DNA from: Alphaproteobacteria bacterium
GTDB taxonomy: Bacteria; Pseudomonadota; Alphaproteobacteria; Micavibrionales; Micavibrionaceae
NCBI GenBank assembly: GCA_030432775.1
Contig: JAUILO010000001.1
Span: forward strand, 1 to 34,929
Reading direction: 5' to 3'
Length of the DNA: 34,929 bases
Positions within the stretch are counted from its first letter, which is position 1, and every line of letters starts with the position of its first letter. This document shows, piece by piece, positions 10,537 through 18,631 of the stretch. The position numbers and the translations under genes were made by a program. The notes below the pieces were generated by a model that saw only the letters and a program-made list of their open reading frames with translations, was not told the origin of the DNA and did no database searches.

Positions 10537-11121
10537 TTAAATATAAGGGTTTTCAATGCCCAGTTCCGCAAGAATGGAAATTTCTGTAGTCTCCATTTCT
10601 TGTGCTTCATCATCTTCAATATGATCATATCCTAAAAGATGAAGGAAACCATGTAATATCAGATGAGTAAAGTGATTTTGGAAGCTTTTTGATTGCTCCT
10701 GCGCTTCGCGCATTGTTGTATCAAATGAAATAATGATATCACCAAGTTCTTCGTGAAAAACGTCGTCGTCATCAAAGCCCGGAAAGTCGGGCCAATTCAT
10801 TTCTCCGGCATTATCCGTGGCAATATTCGAGCCGCCGTCCAGATCTTCGTCAAAATCAAGCATGGGAAATGATAGCACGTTGGTTGGTTTATCTTTATTT
10901 CTGTATTGTTTGTTAAGGGCGCGGATGTCTATATCATCGCTCAGCACAATACTGACGCACATATCAGCTATGTTATCTGGCAATTGTGCATCTTTGCGTT
11001 TATGCAGATTCACAAGCGCTATATTCAGGCAATGAGTAACCTGCGCAAGAATATCAAACTCGCAATTATCCCACTGGGAATAATTGTTGCACATATCAAT
11101 ATTAATCTGGTTCTGGGGCAT
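10537..11121 (-). CDS. ybeY: rRNA maturation endoribonuclease YbeY
   Basis: 194-aa ORF with the zinc motif HLILHGFLHLLGYDH. It carries an acidic internal insertion (DFDEDLDGGSNIATDNAGEMNWPDFPGFDDDD). Confidence 0.9.
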   Translation of the reverse strand: MPQNQINIDMCNNYSQWDNCEFDILAQVTHCLNIALVNLHKRKDAQLPDNIADMCVSIVLSDDIDIRALNKQYRNKDKPTNVLSFPMLDFDEDLDGGSNIATDNAGEMNWPDFPGFDDDDVFHEELGDIIISFDTTMREAQEQSKSFQNHFTHLILHGFLHLLGYDHIEDDEAQEMETTEISILAELGIENPYI

Positions 11122-11182
11122 CGGTTTTTATGTATGTAGTCTGTTTGTACGCACGTATGCTTTTCTGTTATTCACCGTCCAG

Positions 11183-12190
11183 CTAGCTTAGCGGACGTTT
11201 TTTATCATATGCCTCGAGAATCTTTGTTACCAAGGCGCTGCGGACAATATCCTTTGTTGAGAACTGAGTAAAGTTAATACTGTCAACGCCCTCTAAAACA
11301 TACTGAGCCTCTTTTAGGCCGGATTTAGCGCCTTTGGGCAAGTCGGTCTGTGCCGGATCACCAGTGATAATCATGCGGCTATTTTGTCCAGCACGTGTCA
11401 GGAACATTAAAAGCTGCATATCTGTGGCGTTTTGTGCCTCGTCTAGAATAACAAATGCATTATTAAGCGAGCGTCCACGCATATAGGCAAGGGGCGCGAT
11501 TTCAATTTCTTCGGTCGCTATAAGCTTTTTAAGTTTGTCACTATCCATTGTGTCGTGAAGCGCGTCATATAATGGCCGCATATACGGATCCATCTTTTCT
11601 TTCATCTCGCCTGGTAGGAACCCCAGATGTTCGCCGGCCTCAACGGCAGGGCGGCTGAGGATAATGCGTTCGACCTTACCGGATTCAAACATGGACACAG
11701 CCATCGCAACAGCTAGATATGTTTTACCCGTACCCGCCGGACCAATACCAAAGACAAGGTCATTATTATACATTGCCTCTATATATTTACCTTGCTGGGG
11801 TGATCTTGCTTGTACAGAGCGCTTTTTGGTCGTAATTCTGGTTTTATCGGATTGAAATTCGCTAAATTGATCCGAATTATGCATTTTTTTGTCGTTAGAT
11901 TTGCCTTTGGGTTCGTTATTTAGCAAAAAGCGTAGTGCGGAATCAACCGTTTCAGGTTCGACATCTTCGCCCTTTAACAGCTTGTCCCACAGTGCATCCA
12001 GTATTTGGCGCGCTTGTTTGATATTTTGTTGTTGTCCGTGAATAGTCACTTCATTACCGCGATTGGCAATGCTGACGTTCAGTGCTTTTTCGATGCGTGT
12101 TAGGTGAGTGTTTTGTTCACCATACAAAATGGAGGCAAGCTTGTTATCGTCGAAAACAATATGCTCTTGTGCCTGTTTGTTTGAACTCAT
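11183..12190 (-). CDS. phoH: PhoH/YbeZ-family ATPase (canonical, with an N-terminal KH-like region)
   Basis: Walker A is GPAGTGKT and Walker B is ILDEAQN. It sits immediately upstream of ybeY. The track ORF begins at TTG 12217; ATG 12190 (MSSNKQ...) looks more likely. Confidence 0.9.
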   Translation of the reverse strand: MSSNKQAQEHIVFDDNKLASILYGEQNTHLTRIEKALNVSIANRGNEVTIHGQQQNIKQARQILDALWDKLLKGEDVEPETVDSALRFLLNNEPKGKSNDKKMHNSDQFSEFQSDKTRITTKKRSVQARSPQQGKYIEAMYNNDLVFGIGPAGTGKTYLAVAMAVSMFESGKVERIILSRPAVEAGEHLGFLPGEMKEKMDPYMRPLYDALHDTMDSDKLKKLIATEEIEIAPLAYMRGRSLNNAFVILDEAQNATDMQLLMFLTRAGQNSRMIITGDPAQTDLPKGAKSGLKEAQYVLEGVDSINFTQFSTKDIVRSALVTKILEAYDKKRPLS

Positions 12191-12304
12191 GCAGCTAAAT
12201 AAATCCTTATATTTCAACCCTATATCTTCATTATCTCAAAACTGGCGCCTGAGAGCAATTTAATAATGATATAGGAGGGGGAAGTGTTTTGTGAACGCGG
12301 ATAC

Positions 12305-12341
12305 AAAAAATGCACAGGACTTGATGTTCCTGCGCATTTTT
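12305..12341 (-). terminator. Bidirectional intrinsic terminator between the two PhoH genes
   Basis: The stem is ATGCACAGGA / TCCTGCGCAT (10 bp, one mismatch) with an 8-nt loop. It is flanked by an A-run (12305-12310) and a T-run (12337-12341). On the minus strand the hairpin is followed by TTTTTTGT, 30 nt after the stop of the PhoH-like gene. Confidence 0.7.
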
Positions 12342-12371
12342 CGTGTTTTTGATATTTAAAATGAAATTCTA

Positions 12372-13334
12372 TTAAGGCTGTAATCTTTGCTTAACAACAG
12401 GAACCATTGTTGGTGCAGGTTCATATTGAACAACCGGAGGAGGGTTGTTTTTAAGCGCTGTAAGCATCGGGCCGATAAGTGGGTGACGGATTACGTCTTC
12501 TTCGCCCATCTCGGCAACTGCGATGCCTTCAATATTGGCATCTCTGATGGTTGTCGCCGCATGTGCAAAACCGGAAAGCTCGACAGGACTTAGATCTGTT
12601 TGGTCAGGGTCACCGACTAAAAGCATTTTCGAACCATCACCAATACGTGTCAGCAACATTTTCATTTGCTCATGTGTTACGTTTTGAAGCTCGTCACCAA
12701 TCACGAATGTATTTTCGATGTCTGTACCACGCATGTGCTGGAATGGAAGGATTTCAATAATACCTTTATCGCGCAAAACTTTAAGTGCAGCATGACCTTT
12801 ATCACGTTGGCCATCACCAAGAATTTTTACGAAGTGATCAAGAACCGGAGCCATCCATGGTGCCATTTTCTCATCAGAGTTGCCCGGCAAGTAGCCGTTA
12901 TCTTCACTGCCGACAGTTGGACGTGTGATGATAATGCGCTCGACAAGGCCCTGTTTGAGTTGCTCAAGTGCAATATACGCTGCGATAAATGTTTTACCGG
13001 TACCCGCTGGCGCTAGACAGAATGTAATATCGTTTTCAAATGCAGAACGAATGTAGTTCTTCTGGTTTTCTGTACGTCCAGTCACTTGCATTGTGTTAGC
13101 GGTAAGTTTTTTAACTGATGAAAAGTCAATGCCGTTATTAGCTGCGTTAAATTCTGGTTTCATATCATACTCGTCTTCTGTTGTGTATTTTTGGTGTTGT
13201 TGTCTTGGATCGCCGCCGAAACTTTCCTGCAGCCTGATTAAATCAGCTTCTGAAGGTCTATCGGGCTTTTTGCGATCACCGCGCTTAGGGCCTGATTTGC
13301 CCTTAGAGCCGTTACCTCTGCCTTTGCGTGCCAT
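12372..13334 (-). CDS. Divergent PhoH-like ATPase with an Arg/Lys/Gly-rich N-terminal tail and no KH region
   Basis: Walker A is APAGTGKT, Walker B is VIGDELQN, and the GDPDQTD motif is present. By eye it is roughly one-third identical to the neighbouring PhoH core. The start is probably ATG 13334 (MARKGRGNGSKGKSG...), preceded by GGGAGAG; the track start at 13385 adds 17 unlikely residues. Confidence 0.75.
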   Translation of the reverse strand: MARKGRGNGSKGKSGPKRGDRKKPDRPSEADLIRLQESFGGDPRQQHQKYTTEDEYDMKPEFNAANNGIDFSSVKKLTANTMQVTGRTENQKNYIRSAFENDITFCLAPAGTGKTFIAAYIALEQLKQGLVERIIITRPTVGSEDNGYLPGNSDEKMAPWMAPVLDHFVKILGDGQRDKGHAALKVLRDKGIIEILPFQHMRGTDIENTFVIGDELQNVTHEQMKMLLTRIGDGSKMLLVGDPDQTDLSPVELSGFAHAATTIRDANIEGIAVAEMGEEDVIRHPLIGPMLTALKNNPPPVVQYEPAPTMVPVVKQRLQP

Positions 13335-13421
13335 AGTTATACTCTCCCTGCATGAACTGCCCCTGATTATTTGTGTGGGCAGCAAACGTTTTTTCTTACT
13401 TCTTTGTATTTACGTAATGTT

Positions 13422-14828
13422 TTATACGTCTAGCACACCAGTTATAGAATTGGGAAGAGATTTTTCTACTTTTACAGGTAAAATTTTGCCAAAAGCCTCT
13501 TTGTCTGCATGGATATATACAGATTGGTTATATGGGCTGCGGCCTAGAACCTGCCCGTCCTTTTTGCCTTTGCGATCAAATAAAACATTCAACGTCATGC
13601 CGACAGTGCTGTCATTGAAGGATTGTTGCTGTTCATTGATCAATGCCTGAAGGCGTTGCAAGCGCTCCGCTTTGACTTTTTCGTGGATATGCCCTTGCAT
13701 GGCAGCGCCCGGTGTTCCTGGGCGTGCACTGTATATAAAGGAATAGGCGGAGGCGTAACCAATGTCACGAACCAGTTGCATAGTCGCTTCGAAATCTTCT
13801 TCGCTTTCACCAGGGAAACCAACGATAAAGTCGGATGATAAGGCGATATCCGGGCGCAGCTTGCGAACCTTTGCAATAATATCGCGGTAATGATCACTCG
13901 TGTGCTTGCGGTTCATGGTCTTTAAAATATTGTCGGATCCGCTTTGTACCGGAAGGTGTAAAAATGGCATGAGCTCGGGCACGTTAGCGTGTGCTTCGAT
14001 CAGCTCGTCATCCATATCGCGCGGATGTGATGTAGAATAGCGAATGCGGTGTACGCCATCAACTTTGGCTACTTCTTCGATCAGACGTCCAAGGCCCCAT
14101 GTGTTGCCGTTGTGGTCTTTGCCGTGGAATGCATTCACATTCTGGCCGAGTAGGGTGATTTCTTGTGCTCCAGCATCAACCAAAGCTTTAGCTTCATCAA
14201 TTATCTCTTTGACATTACGTGAATATTCAGCCCCACGTGTATATGGTACAACACAGAAAGTACAGAATTTATCACAGCCTTCCTGAATTGAAAGAAATGC
14301 AGTGACACCTTGTGTTTTGTTTTCACCGGGCAGTTTGTCAAATTTTGATTCAGCCGGAAATTCTGTGTTTACTACACGCTCGCCCGTAGCCTTGATCACC
14401 ATTTGTGGCAATTCATGATAGGTTTGTGGTCCAAAAACCATATCAACATATGGCGCACGCTCCATGATAAACTCACCTTCAGCCTGTGCGACACAGCCAG
14501 CAACGGCCATCACCATCTTGCTACCTTTGTCTTCTTTGGCGTTTTTATGTTCGCGCAGGCGGCCTAGCTCGGAAAATACTTTCTCTGTGGCTTTTTCACG
14601 GATGTGGCATGTATTCAAAATAACCATATCTGCATCTTCAGGCGTATCGACGCTTTTATAGCCAAGTGGCGATAAAACATCAGCCATACGGTGACTATCA
14701 TAGACATTCATCTGGCAGCCCCATGTTTTGATGTAGAGCTTTTTTTGCTCGGCGTTCTTAGGCGCCGCATCTTGTGCTACTGCATTTTCTGTCTGCTCTG
14801 GAGCGTTTTCTTGAGCGTTCTGTGCCAT
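13422..14828 (-). CDS. miaB: tRNA-i6A37 methylthiotransferase
   Basis: 468-aa ORF with the N-terminal KTWGCQMN cluster, the radical-SAM motif CDKFCTFC and a C-terminal TRAM region. An AGGA SD precedes the ATG. Confidence 0.95.
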   Translation of the reverse strand: MAQNAQENAPEQTENAVAQDAAPKNAEQKKLYIKTWGCQMNVYDSHRMADVLSPLGYKSVDTPEDADMVILNTCHIREKATEKVFSELGRLREHKNAKEDKGSKMVMAVAGCVAQAEGEFIMERAPYVDMVFGPQTYHELPQMVIKATGERVVNTEFPAESKFDKLPGENKTQGVTAFLSIQEGCDKFCTFCVVPYTRGAEYSRNVKEIIDEAKALVDAGAQEITLLGQNVNAFHGKDHNGNTWGLGRLIEEVAKVDGVHRIRYSTSHPRDMDDELIEAHANVPELMPFLHLPVQSGSDNILKTMNRKHTSDHYRDIIAKVRKLRPDIALSSDFIVGFPGESEEDFEATMQLVRDIGYASAYSFIYSARPGTPGAAMQGHIHEKVKAERLQRLQALINEQQQSFNDSTVGMTLNVLFDRKGKKDGQVLGRSPYNQSVYIHADKEAFGKILPVKVEKSLPNSITGVLDV

Positions 14829-14860
14829 GGGTTATCCTGTGTTTTTGTTTAAATGTTCAG

Positions 14861-14901
14861 TTTTTCGTTATAATCGGTTTTTCGTTATAATTCGTTATAA
14901 A
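14861..14901. repeat. Three direct copies of TTCGTTATAA(T/A) in the divergent miaB / dehydrogenase intergenic region
   Basis: Copies lie at 14864-14874, 14881-14891 and 14891-14901. The first two extend to TTTTTCGTTATAAT. Each contains a TATAAT or TATAAA hexamer. Confidence 0.8.
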
Positions 14902-15030
14902 ATGTACGTTTTTTTATAAATTTCTTGTGAGCGGTGCCTTATCTTTTCTTGCGATCACTCTGATCTGCGTTTAAAACACAAGTAAGCATCAAAAATCAAG
15001 TGCTCAGTTGAGTGGAGAGGTCATTTATCA

Positions 15031-15972
15031 ATGGCAAAGGCGATATTAGTCCTAGGCGGTTTGTTACCGGAAGAAATGCGTTCGCTAGAGGGGCATTTTG
15101 TTGTATTGAAGCCTACCAAGGATAATGACCCTGAATTAATGCTCTCCGAACATCAAAACGACATTGTCGGCGTTGTTGCAACACCGTCTAAGCCTGTTTC
15201 GGCACAGCTCATGGAAGCGCTGCCTAATCTTGAGCTTATTGCCCAGTTTGGTGTTGGTACGGATAATATCGATAAGGAGGCCGCCGCACGGTTGAATATA
15301 GCGGTTACGAATACGCCTGATCTTGTCACCGCGGATACGGCTGATATTGCACTGACCTTATTGCTTGGAGTTGCTAGACGAGCGTTTGAATCTGATCTTT
15401 ATGTTCGCGTTGGACAGTGGTTTTCCGCGCCAATGGGGCTGGGGCATAGCCTGACGGGTAAAACTGTTGGTGTGCTAGGGCTGGGAAATATCGGACAGGC
15501 CATTGCAAAACGCGTGAGCGCCTTTGATATGAATGTTATTTACCATAGCCGTACACAAAAAGATGATGTGCCATATGAATATTGCGATAATTTGATTGAT
15601 ATGGCGGAAAAATCAGATTTTCTTGTCTGTGCGTGTCCGGGCGGTGAGGCCACACACCACATTGTTGACCAGTCTGTTCTTGAAGCTCTGGGGTCACAAG
15701 GTTATCTTGTGAACATTGCGCGTGGAACAGTTGTGGATGAACAGGCCCTCGTAGCTGCTTTGCATAATAAAAAGCTTGCGGGTGCCGGACTAGATGTATA
15801 TGAAAATGAACCTTACGTTCCCGAAGGTTTGCTAAAGATGGATAATGTTGTGTTGTTACCGCATATCGGTACGGCAACGGTAGAGACCAGAACGAAGATG
15901 GGGCAACTTGTTGTTGAAAACATAATGGCCCATTTCGAAGGAAAACCTTTAAAGACACCTGTGGCCGCGTAA
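15031..15972 (+). CDS. D-isomer-specific 2-hydroxyacid dehydrogenase (glyoxylate/hydroxypyruvate reductase-like)
   Basis: 313-aa ORF with the NAD-binding motif GVLGLGNIGQAIAKR and the R/E/H catalytic context (NIARG ... PHIG). Confidence 0.85.
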   Translation: MAKAILVLGGLLPEEMRSLEGHFVVLKPTKDNDPELMLSEHQNDIVGVVATPSKPVSAQLMEALPNLELIAQFGVGTDNIDKEAAARLNIAVTNTPDLVTADTADIALTLLLGVARRAFESDLYVRVGQWFSAPMGLGHSLTGKTVGVLGLGNIGQAIAKRVSAFDMNVIYHSRTQKDDVPYEYCDNLIDMAEKSDFLVCACPGGEATHHIVDQSVLEALGSQGYLVNIARGTVVDEQALVAALHNKKLAGAGLDVYENEPYVPEGLLKMDNVVLLPHIGTATVETRTKMGQLVVENIMAHFEGKPLKTPVAA

Positions 15973-16047
15973 ATACAGCGGAAATTAGGCGGATGCAACT
16001 AAGCAATATTATAAATGCAGCAGTATAGTTAAGAGTAGAGTGTGATC

Positions 16048-16581
16048 ATGAAGACAGCGATGAATAAATGGACGACAAAGCTCAAGATAAATAAAATGTT
16101 TATGTGTATGGCATTTACTCTGGTTTTTTCCATTTCATCATCTGCTTATGCGATATCCGCGTCATCTTGCTATAGTCTGGACGAAGCCGAAGCAGAGCAG
16201 GGGTTGCGTATTCATAGCGAGCTTATGGTGATTGGCCTGAATTGCCAGCATATGCAAAGAGTTGGTGGCCCCGGTTTATTTGCCAAGTACAGAAATTTTA
16301 CTTCCGAACACGAACATCTTTTCGAATATTACGAAGATAAAATGATGGGCTATTACCGCCGTCAGGGGTATAAGAATCCGGAAAAAGAGCTGAATAACCT
16401 GCGTACCGAATTTGCGAATAAAATTTCCAATGATGCAGCGCGCATGCGTCCTGATGTCTTTTGCTACCGCTATGCTTCACGCATAGATCAAGTGGCGGAT
16501 CTGTCAACGTCCAGTGTTAGAAAATGGGCGTCTACATTTTATGACTCACACCCTGTGAGCTACCCTATTTGTAAACAGTAA
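16048..16581 (+). CDS. Hypothetical secreted protein (signal peptide, four Cys in the mature part)
   Basis: The ORF has a hydrophobic N-terminus ending SSSAYA, which looks like a signal peptidase I site. I recognise no family. The start is ATG 16048 or GTG 16042. Confidence 0.5.
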   Translation: MKTAMNKWTTKLKINKMFMCMAFTLVFSISSSAYAISASSCYSLDEAEAEQGLRIHSELMVIGLNCQHMQRVGGPGLFAKYRNFTSEHEHLFEYYEDKMMGYYRRQGYKNPEKELNNLRTEFANKISNDAARMRPDVFCYRYASRIDQVADLSTSSVRKWASTFYDSHPVSYPICKQ

Positions 16582-16621
16582 AATCGGACCTTATAGGAAT
16601 AAACCCTTTTCATTGTGTCGT

Positions 16622-16660
16622 TAATCACACTATGCTGTTGTGATTATTCGCTATTTTTGG
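16622..16660 (+). terminator. Weak terminator-like hairpin after the hypothetical gene
   Basis: The stem is TAATCACA / TGTGATTA (8 bp, AU-rich) with a 9-nt loop, followed by TTCGCTATTTTT. Confidence 0.3.
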
Positions 16661-16693
16661 CGCAAGTTATAAACGATATATGGGGCTTATTTT

Positions 16694-18271
16694 ATGGCAG
16701 ACACAGAACAGGTTGAACAGATCGGCGAGCAAATTGTTGAGCAAATCTCAGATACAGCAGCATCGCTGCCTGATGTTCAAGCGGATCAAACGTCTTTTTC
16801 TTTCAGCGGCATTGACCAGTTCCTAAGCGACAATTTTGACCCGATCGCCAAAAAGGTCGAGTCTATCGTTTTCTATGAGTTTGATTTATTTCCGGGCATG
16901 TTCGAAGAAACAGTCAAAATAAAGCTGATCCTGATCTGGCTTGTTTTGGCAGGTCTGTTTTTCACCTTCAGTATGCGATTTATGAATGTGCGTTATTTCA
17001 GCCACGCTTTTAATATCCTGCGCGGCAAATACGACACAGATGGCAATGATGGGGAGATTAACCGCTTTCAGGCATTGGCAACATCGCTATCGGGCACTGT
17101 GGGGCTTGGCAATATTGCCGGTGTCGCAATAGCAGTATCCGCAGGCGGCCCTGGCGCTGTTGTCTGGATGATTGTTATGGGTTTTTTCAGTATGATGACC
17201 AAATTTACCGAAGTCATGCTGGGGGTTAAGTATCGTAAACAATACGAATATAAAGGTGTTGTCCATTATTCCGGTGGCCCGATGTATTATTTGCGGGCTA
17301 TTTTTGCCAATCGTAATATCCCGTTTGTCGGCCAGTTTATGGCGAGCCTTTTTGCCGTTCTATGTATTTTAGGTATGATTGGTGCCGGTCCATTGTTCCA
17401 GACCAATCAAGCATATCAGCAATTCGTTTTGGTAACTGGCGGTGATGAAAGCTTTCTTGCTGATAAAGGGTGGCTATTCGGTCTTGTGATGGCAGGGCTT
17501 GTGGGTATTGTTATTATTGGCGGTATTAAATCAATCGCCAGTGCGGCGAGTAAAATTGTGCCATTAATGGGTATCGTTTATATGGCTGCTGCCTTCATAG
17601 TGATTGCTATCCATTTTCACAATATTCCAACCGCATTTACCGAGATATTCAAAGGTGCTTTTAACTTGAAGGCAGGGTTTGGTGCATTTTTGGGAGTAAT
17701 GCTTGTCGGGGTGCAGCGCGCGACATTTTCCAACGAGGCAGGTTTTGGTACAGCCGCGATTGCGCATTCTTCGGTAAAAACGAATGATCCGGTCACGCAA
17801 GGCTTTGTCGGTATGTTGGGGCCGTTTATTGATACGGTTCTTGTATGTACAACGACAGCGCTCGTCATCGTTATTTCCGGTGAATATCTGAACGGCGCGC
17901 CGGCTCAAGGTTTTGCCGAAGGTGTTGAATTAACCTCACGGGCATTCCAATCCGGCATTTCATGGTTCCCTTATGTTTTAACGCTCACGGTCTTTTTGTT
18001 TGCCTATTCCACTATGCTTGCATGGTCATATTATGGCGAAAAAGCCTTTACGTTTCTTGTGGGTGATAACAAATACACCACGCTGATTTACAAGATATTC
18101 TTGTTGTTCTTTATCGTGGTGGGCGCCGCAGCCAGCTTGAGTAGTGTTGTTGCCTTTACGGATTCAATGGTCTTTGCCATGACGATTCCCAACCTGATCG
18201 GCCTGTATTTTGTATCCGGTGAGGTGCGCCGGGATGTAAAAGAATATCTACAGAAGCTAAAATCTGCGTAA
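16694..18271 (+). CDS. Alanine/glycine:cation symporter (AGCS family)
   Basis: 525-aa polytopic ORF with the AGCS signature RFQALATSLSGTVGLGNIAGVAIAVSAGGPGAVVWM. Confidence 0.9.
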   Translation: MADTEQVEQIGEQIVEQISDTAASLPDVQADQTSFSFSGIDQFLSDNFDPIAKKVESIVFYEFDLFPGMFEETVKIKLILIWLVLAGLFFTFSMRFMNVRYFSHAFNILRGKYDTDGNDGEINRFQALATSLSGTVGLGNIAGVAIAVSAGGPGAVVWMIVMGFFSMMTKFTEVMLGVKYRKQYEYKGVVHYSGGPMYYLRAIFANRNIPFVGQFMASLFAVLCILGMIGAGPLFQTNQAYQQFVLVTGGDESFLADKGWLFGLVMAGLVGIVIIGGIKSIASAASKIVPLMGIVYMAAAFIVIAIHFHNIPTAFTEIFKGAFNLKAGFGAFLGVMLVGVQRATFSNEAGFGTAAIAHSSVKTNDPVTQGFVGMLGPFIDTVLVCTTTALVIVISGEYLNGAPAQGFAEGVELTSRAFQSGISWFPYVLTLTVFLFAYSTMLAWSYYGEKAFTFLVGDNKYTTLIYKIFLLFFIVVGAAASLSSVVAFTDSMVFAMTIPNLIGLYFVSGEVRRDVKEYLQKLKSA

Positions 18272-18346
18272 AGTTTCGTAATTCATTGTTATAAAACAAG
18301 AAAATATAAACTGTACGTGTATTAGCAAAATCTTAGATATGAGATG

Positions 18347-18386
18347 AGTTGAACAGAGTAAGATCTTGTTCAAAACTGTTTTTTTT
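18347..18386 (+). terminator. Intrinsic terminator of the symporter gene
   Basis: AGTTGAACA (18347-18355) pairs with TGTTC-AA-AACT (18367-18377), giving 9 bp with a 2-nt bulge. G plus T8 (18379-18386) follows. Confidence 0.6.
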
Positions 18387-18388
18387 AT

Positions 18389-18476
18389 TCATCCACAAAA
18401 AATGTTTTTTCAGGGATTTCGCTAAAGCCAGTATAAATGCGGCTTTGGCATGGTTTAGAGCTGTTTTTTATCCACA
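18389..18476 (+). promoter_or_regulatory. Two same-orientation DnaA-box-like 9-mers inside a direct repeat
   Basis: TCATCCACA (18389-18397) matches TTATCCACA at 8 of 9 positions, and TTATCCACA (18468-18476) matches at 9 of 9. Both are preceded by CTG plus a T-run. They lie 156-243 nt upstream of the 18632 start codon. Confidence 0.4.
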
Positions 18477-18631
18477 GCCCACTTAAAAAACCGTCTTGTT
18501 CTGCTTAAGAAGTCATGCATAAGCTTATTCGTTTCAAAAATTGCGTAAATTTTCCGGTAATACTGGCTGTTTAAAACAGGGTTTTGGTAATCCGGTTAAT
18601 TTTGATCTGAATGATATAGGAAGGGCTTGTC

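Noticed and set aside
12284-12352. Plus-strand 22-codon small ORF (MFCERGYKKCTGLDVPAHFSCF) preceded by a perfect AGGAGG with 5-nt spacing, between the two phoH genes.
   Set aside because: It runs straight through the bidirectional terminator hairpin and is antisense to a region where all transcription is on the minus strand. The SD-like purine run is more simply the complement of a CCUCC tract in the phoH leader.
14829-15030. Replication origin at the switch from minus-strand to plus-strand genes.
   Set aside because: The region is only 200 bp and has no DnaA-box match better than 6 of 9. The strand switch can be explained at the operon level. Cumulative GC skew on the whole replicon is needed to test it.
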